A stretch of DNA of 64,000 nucleotides, from NCBI GenBank assembly GCA_040954595.2, contig CM082592.2:6993677-7057676 (forward strand). Direction: 5' to 3'. Position numbers and translations under genes: made by a program. The stretch comes from Balanoglossus misakiensis. Taxonomy: Eukaryota; Animalia; Hemichordata. The notes under the pieces were generated by a model. That model made no database searches. It saw only the letters and a program-made list of their open reading frames with translations, and was not told the origin of the DNA. The first letter of the stretch is position 1. Each line of letters opens with the position of its first letter. Positions 1 to 13,813 of this stretch are shown here, piece by piece.

Positions 1-629
1 CGGCGGCTGGATGGCCATGCACTGCGGCTTGCTCGTCAACGTGTTGTCCACCGCGCACGACGCCCGGCCCAACAGGTTCGACCCCGGGCCCACCGACATC
101 CCACACTGCGTCGAACCCTGCTGAGACGAGGCCATCGGGGGACCTTCGTTGACAGGGGCGTCGCCGGAACCCATGTAGGTGGACGTCAGCGGCTCGGAAC
201 GTTGCTGTTGCTGCGCATAATTTTGCACCTGCGTGGAGGATCGTCTGCTGCTGCAAGACGCCATGTTGTTCTCGGGGATCGGGTTTCCAAAATGGCGGCT
301 CTTGTGCAGGGGATGGGTGATGGACGTGCTCGACTTCACGATGCTGTTCGGACTGCAGGGGTCTTCCTCGTCCTTTGTGGTCGGGGACATCTGAGTTGCG
401 AGGTGGGACAGTCGCCCTCCGCTGGGCTGTGGCTTGTCTTTGTTGATTGGGCTTGTGGTGGAGTTGGTGTGATCCCCTGCGTCGATTGTCAGGGATTGGC
501 TGCTGGCGTCTGATGACGATGATGTGTTCAGGGAACTGTTCAGTTCTTTCTCTTCTTTCTTACCAGGGCTCGTCAAGAAAGTGGTGGAGTTCTCTCCAGT
601 GGTACTACTGCTAACTTTCTTGTTAGAAT
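1..629 (-). CDS. Tbx6/16: Tbx6/16-like coding exon 7 (Ser/Pro/Thr-rich C-terminal region, runs off the window)
   Basis: Acceptor atactgcag| at 630/629. The frame (D)SNKKVSSSTTGENSTTFLTSPGKKEEKELNSSLNTSSSSDASSQSLTID...SKPQCMAIQPP is open to base 1. GC-rich, coding-like composition. Confidence 0.85.
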
Positions 630-2998
630 CTGCAGTATGTAATTGGATACAAGAAAAAAAGCCATAAAAAGAATGTTTGAGACTTGTACATGCGTATTAG
701 AGAAACTGGCTCCATCTTCCCATGCAGTCAGTGAATAACAACTTTGCATGTACTGTACTGTTTTAATATAGGTCCGGACCTCATATTCCATTGTCTACAA
801 TGGTGATTTCTGTGATAAAGAGCCGAGGGGGCTTTTCAAATGCTTAGAGGAGTGCAAAGAGATTGCAACGATGCTTGAAAGAGAACAATATCCCCGAAAA
901 ACTACACGAGTGAAGATGAAACTTGCTTTCGGTTTCGAGTAGAGTGATGTATGGTCGTGCAATTGATCAGATGCGCTGTTAGAAAAACTCAAAAATTTCA
1001 ACGCGACAACGCAAGTCGATAACTTCGATCTATCTGTTCGGACGGACAGATGGCTAATCTCTTACGACAGAATAATTGTCCCTTGAACAAACCATTTCTC
1101 TACCACCAAGAACGCTGTAAAAAGCGCAAAGTCCCACATAAAATACCGGTCTGTCGGATACAATATAACCTTTTGAATTCAAGTTTCGTCAGTAGACGGA
1201 TAGGACCATTTTCTCGCGGCCAGAAGGTCCGTTCGCAATCTTAAAATTCGGCGCCTGCCCGGTTTCCCTGGTTAAAGTTTTACACGGCGCTCAATATATT
1301 TCACCGGCGCGCGCGCTCGCTCGCTCGCTCAGCTGGTCGCCACCAACTGTGATGTAACCGCACGAAGCCTCGTCTCGACTCCTGCACCCTTGTGTCTCAT
1401 AATGGATGCATTTTCTGGGTCGGAAAAGCGGGCTGGGACGATAGCATCTCAAACGATAAAAAGCCCGGGCATATTGTGTGTGAATATGGCAACGGGCAAT
1501 GAATATAATAAACGGCGAAAAGAGTGAATTAACAGAAAAAAGAACCGGCCTCCCTCATGTAATATTTATATCGAGTTCATCTGTGTTCGTTTATCGGTGG
1601 TATAATGACTGTGCATGAATGTACATGTCGCTTCGTGGACGAATGATCACCATTCCCCCTGGACTTATCCGTATGAACCTCCTTTTCCGTACTACATTAC
1701 GGAATTCTATTAAATTACACTTGATGAAATGATCAATCTTAAGTCCGCGACCTTTAACCTTTCCATTTGTCAGGCAGTTCGCCTGCCCACTTTTTTGTGT
1801 GTGATCCGCATTTCAGAAGATTGGGAGCAGAAAGTTGGTTTCTGTACATGTACATCGGTTTTGTGTTGGCAAGTAGCATGATACTAGACAATTGTTCTTC
1901 CACGTGTTTTATGCGATTGGAAAATCAGCGCTGTTTCCAATGTATATTGAAAAGAGAGCATCATTCAAGTACATGTACTTGAATTGTCTCCCGCAATTTG
2001 ATTACACAGCCCCAATCAAATTCTACTCTGTCGCTTGGTGGTTGAGGTCGGTCGCGCGCGCACTGACAGAAAGTCAAGTTGACGTGCACTGTCGAAAAAC
2101 TGATTAGGCCCTACAGGTCCCGGGTCGCAATGATTTAAATCGTAAGCTTCCCGTCGTTTTTTCCCGCAAAAAAACGGAGCACTTTGCGATTTAGCCTGTT
2201 CGATTAGGTTAAGTAATATCACTCGGTAATCATGGACCATCAAACGTATACAGGCACTGAAAGAAAATAGACATTTTGAAGCCAACGGGGCCTTTAAAGT
2301 AATGGCTTGCGTTTCATTGTCAGTGACTCCAACGCCGATCTCTGCATTTCTGTCCCTCAACTTATGATTAGTTTTAGTCGCCATTGTTGAAACAACAGAT
2401 CGCAAGTCCGGATTATCCGGGCATATCTCTAGCAGTAAGTAGTAGCTGAGTGGTCGGTGCAACTCAGCTGACAAAGAAAATTAAAACAGTGAACATTTTA
2501 AGAGCACCGACTTTCGGGTATATTCACCCCGGCAGCTGATCTAGATTACGTCTAAATCGGATTCGGACTTTGTTTTCAGATCCTCGCTCCGGGACAGCCA
2601 TTTTAAGCTCCCTCGCTCGATGGACAGATCACGACGAGGTAGCATATCCGTAATTTGTGTCCCGGGGCGAGTCTGCAAAGCTTTATTTCTCCAACACAGT
2701 GATGGAATTATTCTTCGATAAAACTCAGTAGCCAGGTTCATGTTACAAAACATGGACCTTTGCAGTTTTTGTCCGGCGACCTTCTTAATTTTTGAAGGTT
2801 GTTTTGATGAGGGATTGAGACAAAAAAGAAAGCATATCCAAGGATTTACTCTTCAGCGCAACTTGGCTGCCGGATCCGAGTTTAATGAACATGTACTTGG
2901 GAAAATATGCCTTGAACCCCAGTAAGTTTTTGAAGGTTGGCGTGACATGAACTGAAACAGGCGCGATGTCTCAGAGCGGATGTCGACAACTCAACTAA

Positions 2999-3245
2999 AT
3001 GGAAGTGACAAAAAACAACGAACAAATTCAAAATTTGCTGACCGAAATTAAGACAATGGGGCAAAACACGAACGGCCACACTGTAGTGAAACTCGGAGAG
3101 TTATTTTTAAGATGAAGCGTTTGCAAAGGGGACGCACATTGGAACTATTATAAGTCTATTTGATTCATGTTAAGAAATTAGTGATCGGGTTTAGGCACGA
3201 CACACTTTCTTGAAATGTGGGAATCCCTAGATTATGTGGTTATGG
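2999..3245 (+). pseudogene. Possible decayed Costars/ABRACL-like fragment, antisense within T-box intron 6
   Basis: ORF 2999-3115 reads MEVTKNNEQIQNLLTEIKTMGQNTNGHTVVKLGELFLR*. By eye it aligns to ABRACL EVNLLVEEIHRLGSKNADGKLSVKFGVLFRDD. A shifted frame continues DEAFAK. Judged by eye only. Confidence 0.3.
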
Positions 3246-3496
3246 AAGGAAGACGAATTTTGCCCCCCCCCCCCCCCAATTGTCTGCTTCAAGCATAGGG
3301 AGTACATATCGGTACAGGTGGCTTCTTACTTCTGTTGGCCCACCTGTTATTACATGTAGTTGATATGCAAATTCTTTGAACATGTCAATTGAAATTTAGT
3401 AAGCGACTTTTTGTTTGCACTGAGATACATGCCTGTCATCCGTCGTGTTGAATTGAACGAAACCGAACCTTATTTTTAGCGTAAAAATGCACTTAC

Positions 3497-3558
3497 CAGG
3501 GTTTTCGTGATCAAATGTCTCCAGACAACCACTCGGTCGCTTTATCCCACGGTCTAGC
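3497..3558 (-). CDS. Tbx6/16: Tbx6/16-like coding exon 6 (62 nt)
   Basis: Strong acceptor ccctcctctctcccatttgcag| and donor G|GTAAGT. Encodes (R)LDRGIKRPSGCLETFDHENP. Its phase-2 entry and phase-1 exit are exactly what is needed to join exon 5 to exon 7. Confidence 0.85.
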
Positions 3559-6395
3559 CTGCAAATGGGAGAGAGGAGGGAAATTAGGAAGATGGGCAGA
3601 CGGCAACTACAGACAATGACTAGACATCTCACGCGAGCCACCAAACTCCCATCATGCATGTGTTAACTTTGCTTCGGAAGGGAAAATGGACTTTATTGCT
3701 TGTTTTTGCCCAAAATTTTGTGTTCTACTCTGTTTCAGCGCGAGTTTTGCATTCGAGGGACACGATGTCGTGTAATTTAGGGTACATGTCGGACAGTATA
3801 CGGAGAAATGGCATTCGGCTACAGGTCCGCGACAACGTCCAGCAAAAGGGGGCAGTCCCTAGGTAGCTGTATCGCTTCTAATTCGTCCCAAATAGTTTGA
3901 CGAAAGGAGTGTTTGTAAAGACGTTTAGCCCCGGGATATTGAACGGAAGACAGCAACTGACACGCGAGCCCCCAATAAAACTTTATGACTCGACCGCCCA
4001 AATTGACAATTAGTTATTTTTGATTCTGAATAATGACCATTTAAATTATTTAACCGGGTTTCTGGGATTCCTCTCGTTTTTATTGCTAATTGAAGACAGG
4101 GAAATTGAACGAGAGACACACACAATAGGCTGAATAAAACTAGCATATAATAGAGAACTATGTTTACTGAAAATCCTTACAAATGGAATAGAAATGAGAA
4201 CCGCCCCGAACACATCAGAGACCATAGTGGAAATGTAAACAGATCACATGGGAGACGACATTTATCTTCGGCGAGATAGTATCTGACATAATTCCAATCT
4301 ACTTCTCGATTAATTGTACGCGGAAATAAACCTCTTTCCAATTTGGTCTAGGATGACTTTTAGAGAGCACGGCATTGCCTGTTATAAATGCTAAATTAGC
4401 GTAGCTGTCGAAACTATACAAAGGAAACACAATGTGATAAAGTAGGGTTGGTATCAAGAGACCCTGAAAAGACTACTCGTCACATTATTAAACTGTTTTC
4501 TCCGACTGGTAATTTCCCGCGGAAATTGGCCGGTCGAAATTTACAAATTCTTTGTCAATTTTATGCAATGTTCGTGCCAATGTTGACCGAATCTGGTATT
4601 CGTCATCATTTAAAACCTTGCTTCGAGTAAACAACATTATACCGGGGTTTTATTTCAAAGAAAACGTGTGATGAAAGTCGCCCATGAACAACCTACACCC
4701 GTCATCACTGATCGGTCGAACCAGCGTCAAAATATATACGCAGTAAAACATATAAAAGTTAATCTCCAAGCAAAATGACAGCTTGTATCTTGCAGTCGAC
4801 AAATCCCCGGATTTGGTTAATTTAATCAAAAGTCGCTTGAGCAAAATGGCGGTAAGCTCGTCATACGTCAGGGTAATCCAGCCAGGTCCCCGCTGACAGG
4901 TTTTGCATTTGACGTGACAAGCCTATATTCGGATAGAGTTTCATTCGTGGCTGTGTGCGTGTGCGTGCCTCTGCCGGTCTCCGCTCTCTTGAAAGCGAAC
5001 TATGAACCTAATTGAAAATGGCGAGAGTACGCGTAACAACAAATTTAGCGAAACAGACTGTTACTGTTTATCTTACAAATTATGCCCTAATTTCCAAAAA
5101 AATTACCGTTAATCTAATTTCACTAGCGGCACATTGTAGTGGTAGTTGGTGTTTACATGTCAAATTAAACCTGAAACGACCACACGAACGTTACAGACTA
5201 ACGTACGCAAAATTCCCCGCCGCTCGTAATGTTATTAAACGGACACGGCTTTCAATAAATCCGAAAATTATATTCTAAAACCTGCCCAAATTTAAGACCT
5301 CAAATGACGAGAACTTGTTTGTGTCGCAGATATAGCATTACTTTGTCTACTGGGAACGCGGATTGATCTGTTGACAATCAAGTCTGCACAGACAGATAAG
5401 AAAGAAGTGCCCCCTTTCACTCACTGAACTACCTTGCCATCAAAAAGTTCCAAGATTCACAACTTTGTCTATTAGAGTGCGACAGAGAATTGATAAAGAG
5501 CCCCTTTCCAGCCACGTCAAATGAACGCCGTCACTTAGTGCTAAAATTGAATCAGCGTAAACCGGGCACCTCCGAGGCGCTAGCACATGCAGCCAGTTGA
5601 TCAGAGGAATTACCGATAATTTTCACCTCGGTTTTCGCCGTGCCTCGAAACGCGCCAGCGGTTGCAATTTGCAACGGCTCGCGTTCTGTTTCCTCCTCCG
5701 CGAGACCGAGTCCGTGATTTGATTTGGTAAGCATCAAATGTTCATCAATTTTCCCCGAGAAAATGAGAATTGATGCAAACCGAGGGAAGATGGCATGACA
5801 CAAATTCGTCAATTGTTAGAAAAGGTGCCAACTCTGGCATCGTCGAAATAGAGTTGTCTCCTTACCGATGTCTCGTCCAATTATCGCGAGAGTCTAGCAG
5901 CAATCCAAAGGACATTAAAACTCATCAAATCCGTCAAGTATTTATCACTTGCTCCCACAACCAACTTTGCCTGATTCAACATTTCTCCTTCAGCCCCACT
6001 TTTCACTCTCGAAATTAATTTTGGCCGAAATTTTCACAAGCGAATTTACGAACTGTTAAATATTTTCGCGAACACAATTCTGAACTTCCAAATTCGAGAA
6101 AATATTTCTTTAAGACGATGAAAACCGATAAAATTTTCTCATGTATACTGTTCGTTTGACTGATCTCACCGTGAAATGCTTTATCACCCATCTCCGACAG
6201 AACCACTTCAAGTCCGATTTTCAGCGATAAAGGAAGAAGATCGATTGGTCCCGCCCGCGCTTAGGGGAAAGGGGGGGGGGGTGCTAGTTTACAATGCCAT
6301 GTCCCTTACTTTTTTTCTGGATTTGCACGACAACGAGCCACAATAAAATACAATAGCATACTCTCATTTTTTTTAACTTTGTAAAATATACATAC

Positions 6396-6463
6396 CTGCG
6401 GGATAGTCCATTGTCTCGGAATCCCTTCGCAAAGGGGTTATTATCAATCTTGAGCTGTGTTAT
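6396..6463 (-). CDS. Tbx6/16: Tbx6/16-like coding exon 5 (end of T-box; too short for the ORF track)
   Basis: Acceptor cttttcattcag|. Encodes ITQLKIDNNPFAKGFRDNGLSR plus 2 nt, the hallmark T-box C-terminus. Donor AG|GTATGT. Confidence 0.96.
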
Positions 6464-9400
6464 CTGAATGAAAAGGAAAAAGATATATAAACTATCACAG
6501 GATGTTAGAATTTTTTTTCATTTCTCTTTCAAAAATGAAAAAAGGCAACTGTGGTAATTGAATGTAAATCATACAGCAATGTAAAAATTTAATTTATTCG
6601 GTATTTTCCTAAAAGATTACTTGTTTCGCGCTGAACAGCAGTTTCCTTGCTTTTTATTTTATTTTAACCAGGTGTACGCACCTAAGTATCTCCGTCAACA
6701 AAATAGCCTGAATTCAGTTACTGCAGATCCGATGTCAATCAGTAATTGGCCGCGCGTGATTGGACGTTGTTACGGAAACCAACGCGACCTTTTGGGCGGT
6801 TTTGCGCACGGCAAACGATTCAGCGCGACTCCGTACACTCCGAAAGTGACGTATGAAAATTTTCGGCGGAATACGAAAATAAATGGCGATTGGAAAAACA
6901 GAAATGAAACAATTGAAAGATTTTCGTAAAACCTTTTTGTTTGTACATGTACGTGACTTGAAATGGGCGCCATGTCGGATATTGGGATTTTAGTTTGCCT
7001 TGGGGCCGAAACGTCAGAGGAGCACTTTGGGATAGGCCTCTGTTGGCTGTACCTCTCCAATACGATACACACGTACGTATACGCCGCCTAGGTGGACATA
7101 AGATAACCATATGCCAGAAAGATTCATATTTCTCGATGAGACCCTCCAGGGAAACAGAACGGTTAAAGAGAACGTACACGACATGCGTATAGTGCGGACG
7201 TTCTCCGCGATGATGTTACCCGAGTCGTGTTTCACCGTTCCCCTGTCTGGTGCGCGCGGTCCTCGACTTATCTATGGTTACATTCCGAGATTAACATTGT
7301 TTCTTCAAATCCTCTTCGTATAATATACTTTTGGACATTGCCAGCGCGCGCTCGGGTTCTTGTAAGTCTAAATCTGACGCGACGACGCTTTCTTGAAGAA
7401 AAGCGCGTCTCCACCCAGCGGAAGCAACTCCACACAAAGTATTCTTTACAGGTTAAAAACGTGTCGCAATTACAAGAAACCCGTAATTATGGCGTCTCAG
7501 TGTACAGGTTATTTTCCAGAATTACTATCGTAGAATTCTGTCATTGTTTGTATTTCAATAAACAGGATAAAACGGATAAAGAGGAAAACACTTTACGGAG
7601 AAGGGGGGGGGGGGGGGAAGCCGTGCGAACTTACACTGGAAGATGCAAGAAGACATCCCACATGATCGGCGATTGCGCGCACTGGCGTCGACGGCGTTTC
7701 AAGGCTCGTTGAAGGAAAAGCATGAGAAATATCATGGAATTTCTGTGTTGAAATAAGCGAAAAAAACTCTTGGCGGGAAAAGCAGTTGCCGCGGCGTGCG
7801 TCATGAAACAGAACGCAGCCTCTGGGTGTACTTAGCTCGGCCCATTAACGATGGAAAGGGGGGCATTCAGCGTATTGTCGAGGAACTAGTCTGCAATTAA
7901 CAAGCCAAACTCTCCACTCAATAAAGCTGATAAAAAACAGCCCGCGCCCCTTTCTTCGGCCTAATTCAAAGACAATGGCGTCTGGCGGGTCAACGTCGCA
8001 CGGCAAACACTGGCGACATGCCTCTACTTTGCGCCCCGATTAACCGTCCCTGTGATGTTCGGCTGAAAACACGGCCTAAGCGAGTTGGAGGCGCAGAGTC
8101 TGACACCCCCAGCACACCTCATAAATATTACAATGCTATTGTTGTTGTTTGGGGCGTTCGACTGGCGAGTGAAAGTTGACAAACAATGATGGCTCTTCCT
8201 CTCATAATATCGTTGCAGTCGAGTTTTTTTGTCTGCTCCCCGCGTCAAATTAACATGCAGGCGTTAAACTTCACGTCCAGTTCAAAGACAATGTATTTTG
8301 CGCTGTGGAAAACAGCTTGCAAAGCCGTCACTTGGAGCGGACTTGTCGCAAAGAGTGCAGTTTGACTTTACGACAATTAACTGAGCTGATCATGATTACT
8401 AAAAAAACTCGAATCTTCCTCAAGTTGGTTAAAAGTCCAAATCTCAACATTAATTTTTATCCTTACATCTTTACTCATATCTTAGGTCTGTTATTGGTTT
8501 TGCCACTAAACCCATCATCTCAAATATCCCATGCGTTACGATATACAATATCAATCAAAGTCGTCGTTACACAATTGCAGTGCACTAACATTAACCCGTT
8601 CCATTCACAGAAATCAGCACCGCCTTCAAAATTTATAACAAATAACAAGACTCGAGAATTGGGACCCAAATCACACACTTTGCCAACCCATACTGCATTG
8701 ATCATGTCTTGTCCAAACGAAAACAGACTACACATGCCCATCTGTCTAAATCCACCATGTAATTCAAAGTACATTCAATAATTCATACACCAATCAGTCG
8801 TAAGCATATTGTTTATTTTTCATACATGTATATATCAAATTTCCCTCTATTCATGAATTTATACGCTGATCCATCAAATAATGTCATTAGAACCATTTAT
8901 TTTTTATTTTTTCAATTCACCAGGCATTGATTTAGGCCTATTCACAGACTTCGCCTCCCATCCACTAGCATCAATCCTGTGCGCCACATGTTTCGGATTC
9001 ACTCAGACGGACATTCATTTATTCACACGTTCACCCATTCCCTTCATCTAAACAGTCGTTTCGCCGTCGTTCACGGCACATTCGTTCAACCTGTCGCTCA
9101 AGTCCGTCAACATTCGTCGCCGTGACATGCGACGACTTTGCCGAATCCACCTATCATATATATAGCACTGGTTTGTTGGTTTGTGTTGCGAATATTCCAA
9201 TCCCTCGGCGTCTAATCCGTAAATGTTCCGCGCTGAATGATGTTTCAAATTGACGGCATACCCTTCGTAATAAGTGGACGGCAAAATTATATTGCCGTAT
9301 GAGAAAGTAATTGTCTTCAAACATTTTTAAACCGGGTGATGAAATAATAGCACTGCTCCGAGCCTCGCAGCCAGCGTCTTACTTATTGATGACGCTGGCG

Positions 9401-9937
9401 GCGACGCAGTCGTCAGTTCCGCAACGCAACTTGTTGCTCATTACTTATTCATGACGACGCCCGGACTCGACGACGAAGCCGAAAAAAACGGTTGGACAAC
9501 TTCTACTTTGCGGAAACGGAGCTAGGTATGTGTCTGCTGTCCTTGCGCGCGCGTCGACGCCGTAAAGTGGAACGGGAATCGCTGCCGGGCGCATTTTACT
9601 TTTTAGCGAGTGAAAGCATATAGCGGGCACGCGAAAAGATCACGTGCAATAGTCCCTTTTGCTTACGTCACGAAAAAGAGTCAACTGTGCCTTAGCGCAA
9701 AAATGGTTGTAAATCGGGCTGTATAAAGATATTAACGTTTGTTGTGTTCGTCTGAATATTTGTAACTGACGATAATATTCTAAACAGTATAATTTGGTGC
9801 ACCTCTCTGTATGTATGTACTTTTGTGCAGATAGCAGTGAAAATGTATGTGCTTAGAATCGGTAACCGAGAAAGAAGACATCCATCCCCAGAATCTTTGC
9901 TGATCTCCTTTTCGTCAGGTGACGTCACGATTCTTAC

Positions 9938-10084
9938 CTTTTCATTCTGATAGGCGGTGACTGCGATGAACTGTGTTTCTTGAAAGGCGTACGTGCTGAA
10001 AGAATTCCACCGGAGACTGAAAACGTCGTTCGCCTGCACGATGTGAAAACGAGGCTGGTACTTGTGCATGGAGTTGAGAACGAT
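9938..10084 (-). CDS. Tbx6/16: Tbx6/16-like coding exon 4 (T-box, 147 nt)
   Basis: Acceptor tttttacacacag|. Encodes [49 protein letters not shown]. Donor AAG|GTAAGA. The [13 protein letters not shown] segment resembles Tbx16/VegT/Tbx6 more than Tbx2/3 or Tbx4/5. Confidence 0.97.
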
Positions 10085-13000
10085 CTGTGTGTAAAAAGAA
10101 AGGATACGCGTTTTCAAGATGAGCGGGAAAAATGTGTCAAAATTTGAAAGAACGTATACCACCGTCACGTCACAACATTTGGTGGCGAATACACGTACAT
10201 GAGGGATCGTTTGCGATATTTCCGAAAAAGTACGCATTTTGTCCACATTTAATCTTATACGGAGGTATACGCTGGTGGCCATATTTGGGGCACACCCCAA
10301 AAAATTATATAACTGCATGCTCAAAACACGTTTCGGGCATTATAAGATGGACAAACTAGACTGGCTTGAAATCTGGTGAGAAATGTATTTTAATAATAAG
10401 CGGCGAGAAGGGGGAAATTCTCAGATGATACAAGTCTGATGTAACCTGGGGTTAAGACGATTTTGAGAGAGAAAAGGGGACAAGCGAGACAAAGCTTTGA
10501 CAGACACAAAAAATAATAGTCTACATAGGATGTCGTCAGGGTGATTATAAGATTCGAGTATGTAAACGCCGACGGGCGAATGAGATGGCGGAGTTTGAGC
10601 GTGCTCATCCCGTCCCCGAGATTAAGTGAAACTAAATACGCACAAACGAACGCAGAAACTCATATCATATACCGGGCGTTGCTGACTAATACGGAGACGC
10701 CAATTGGTATGTTAGACGGCGACGACGGTGTTTCAGAGATATAAGAGTTCTCGAAGAATATGTTTGGGGAGGCCGGAAGTTGAAAACTCACTGAAAGCAA
10801 CACATTGTCGTGTACCCGAAGAAAGCGTACCTCATATGCATATGTCATGCGCGAACAATAAGTTTGTTTTTCATTGAATGAATACGTGTTTTTTTTTTTT
10901 ATTTCTTTCTCTCTTTCCCCCCGAATGGTGATTTGGCATCTCGGTTCGGATATTACATCAGAACAAAGGCCGCGGTGACGGACAGTGTCCATCATCACCT
11001 CGGCGCGTGATAAAGGAGACCGTTTGGATCGACAATCTCACGCGCCCGCGACAAAGGGAACGCAGACAACGGAAATGAAGTCGTGAATATTTCTCGGAGC
11101 ATCCACGCAGATCGCGTCAAATTTAATCGAGTGACATATTTGGGGGGAGTTTCAGGAAGTTGGGTAATCGGTCTGAATTGAACGCGGAGAACGGGGCTGT
11201 GGAAGCACATCGGACGCTGACCGGATGGAGGAGATGGCCACGGAAGACGCTGCCATGGAAACGGACGGTGAGGGGGAATATCTTGCATAAGTAGGCGAAA
11301 ATTGAAATAAACTGAATATCTTAATTATCCGCCGCGGTGAATAGGCTCACATTCACCTCCAAGGACTTTGGCGTCTTTCACGATTGGCGTCTTTTTGAAA
11401 GAGAGGGTGACGTTCGTCTCGGAGAAAATGAGATACGTTTTCCCCTCTTCCAAACCGGACAGGAAAAGTGCTTTTTTTTCCTGCGCAATTAAGAAATTGT
11501 AATTACATCGCTAAGTGACCGTTGTAGTAAACATCTGTTCAAAACGGGGCAAAGAAGAGGGTTGTGCCCATCCGCAGTGTTGATGACGACGACGAATCGA
11601 ATTTTAAATTAAGATTAATTGAGGAAGCAAAAATGTTAAAAAGCGTAGACAGACGACGAACTGGACTTAACAAAAGTAGATGGACCCTTTTAGCGATGTT
11701 CACCCGGCAGATAAAACGCTGTCAAACGTCGTGTGTGAGCCACTCGACTTTGTTTTGTTTGCAGGGGTCCCGGCAAATTAAAATTTAATTTAAAACTGTC
11801 GTGACTGTTTTTCCGACTATGAGATAGTTTTCATTGTTTGGGAACGACCAACCAAGCGACGACGGATCGTGCGCTCTCTGGCTGGGATCACGCGCAGGGG
11901 TGCGACATGTATTAAAATCTCGCGGAAAGCCCGACGCTTGCAGCGGCAGATCTCGCCACGCCAGCGTGTCAGAAACTTCACCCGCTTTTAGACATCTTTG
12001 AATTCTACACGAAGCGCATGCAAGTGCCATGATTTAGAATTGGAAAGGGGAGAACGCCCGCACCATTGCGACACCTTGGCCAAACAAAAAAAAAACACCA
12101 CAACAGACCTGCAGGGCTTAGTTATAGTTCAGAGCGACCTGCTGACTATAGCAGAAGCGCGTTCGGGCGGAAAAATGTCCCGGAACACGGGCACGGAACG
12201 TCAGGCTCCGTGGAAATGGGCTGTTAATGGCTGACGACGGAGAATGGCAGATAAATCAATAAACGGCCGGTCTGTATACTTTATCAGACTCAAAGCATCG
12301 GTTGTCGGCGTGGAGAGAGAGAGAGTGAGGCGACAATTTTCTGCCAGCATTAGGGACGAGCTGAAACCGACCGAGAACTCTGCAAGTATATAGCGCAAGG
12401 TATATAGCGTCGAGATTACTGATTATCGGGGACGAATAGAATGATTTATTGGCTAAAAGACTTGTTCAGTGCCCGCTGCTATCTAGTCGATGCAGGCTCC
12501 CAGCCACCTGCGACCAACTCATTTACTAAACTTCCCTACTGGAGTGTTAAAATACCCTGTCCCTCTACAGTTTTCACGCACAATATAAAAAACATAGCGA
12601 AGCTCTCCCTTCTAACAAATAAAAAACTGTTTTGGAATTTCAAGATTCGGCTCGGAGACACCGTCACTTTGAGGTTGAACCGTGCCCTTGTTTGTGATTT
12701 TGCGCATTTGATACTAGATAAAGGTATGAATGTTTATCTGCATTTATTTTGGTTATTTTTTTTATTGCCGGCCACATTTCTTTTAATCTGTTCCAAGTTT
12801 GATATTCTCGATGGTCGCCATTTTGAAACCTGAATAGTGATGTTTACTACACACATCCGAGCTACGGCTACCGTTCCCTTTCCTCGCAAATCTGCATATT
12901 GCATCTCAATTCCTTCTTATGTGATGTCACCACAGACGTTGTGAAATTTTTGAGACGACAAGTTTAAAAGCTCTGTCATTTAGAAATTGTAACAATCCCC

Positions 13001-13686
13001 GACCTCTATGGTTGAGAAATCCCAACACGGTGTTACCGAAGACCCCTGAAAGATGATAAAAAACTCACCCTGTTGAGTGATTTTTTTTTACATATTTAGA
13101 AGACGCGTACTTCTACAGAAGTGTTAAAGTGGTGACGAGGTGCATATGCCGACAGCTTCAGCCAGGCCCCTGTGTTCGCGCCTTCATCCGACAACTTAGC
13201 AACTGCCTTGATTTTTTTTTCCGCGGTTGGCCAGGCTGACGTTTTTGGCGCGAAAAGCACTTTGGATGAGGCAAGCGACACAGCTTTTAACTTAGCCAGT
13301 GCAAGGAAACATACGGCGCGGCAACTGAGTGAAAACCTTATGGGAATGAAATATTGTTAAAACGTGCATTCATCGGTGCTGAATACATATATGTGGCGGG
13401 GTTTTGGGTTATCTTTGGCAGACATTACTTTATTCGCGGTTATTTTTCACATTTTTGGTTCAACATATTTAACAGAAATTATTCAAAATACAGTGCATGA
13501 AACTGATCTGTTAAAGTATGCATAATGCGTGGCGCGGCTACTGAATAGTGTTTTCTTGGACAGAAATTCACAGCAACGTGGTTATAACACCACTTAATAT
13601 AGACGCGTTTCAATTGTAATGAGAAAGGAGCTACTACACTCGACCGGCAATCGAGTTGTTGTTTTGGTCTAAGTTTATGACTACCG

Positions 13687-13813
13687 AGTTTTCAGCCCGC
13701 TAGCATGGATATTGTTGACTTTGCGTTTTTAGTCCGGACTAAAATCGACTGTCGCCAACAACAATGCAAGTCCCATACACAAGCCTACAGTCTGCGTTGA
13801 CGAGCTGAATACT
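13687..13813. mobile_element. Degenerate palindromic MITE-like element
   Basis: The left end AGTTTTCAGCCCGCTAGC and the reverse complement of the right end AGTATTCAGCTCGTCAAC match at 13 of 18 positions. There is an internal ATTGTTG/CAACAAT pair and a perfect 18-bp palindrome TTTTAGTCCGGACTAAAA at 13727-13744. Confidence 0.5.

Noticed and set aside
202-513. 103-aa plus-strand ORF
   Set aside because: Antisense shadow of the last T-box coding exon.
2541-2672. Alternative candidate for T-box exon 6 (ttgcag acceptor near 2673)
   Set aside because: It hits a stop codon in the frame required by exon 5. The 3497-3558 exon fits both phases and has better splice sites.
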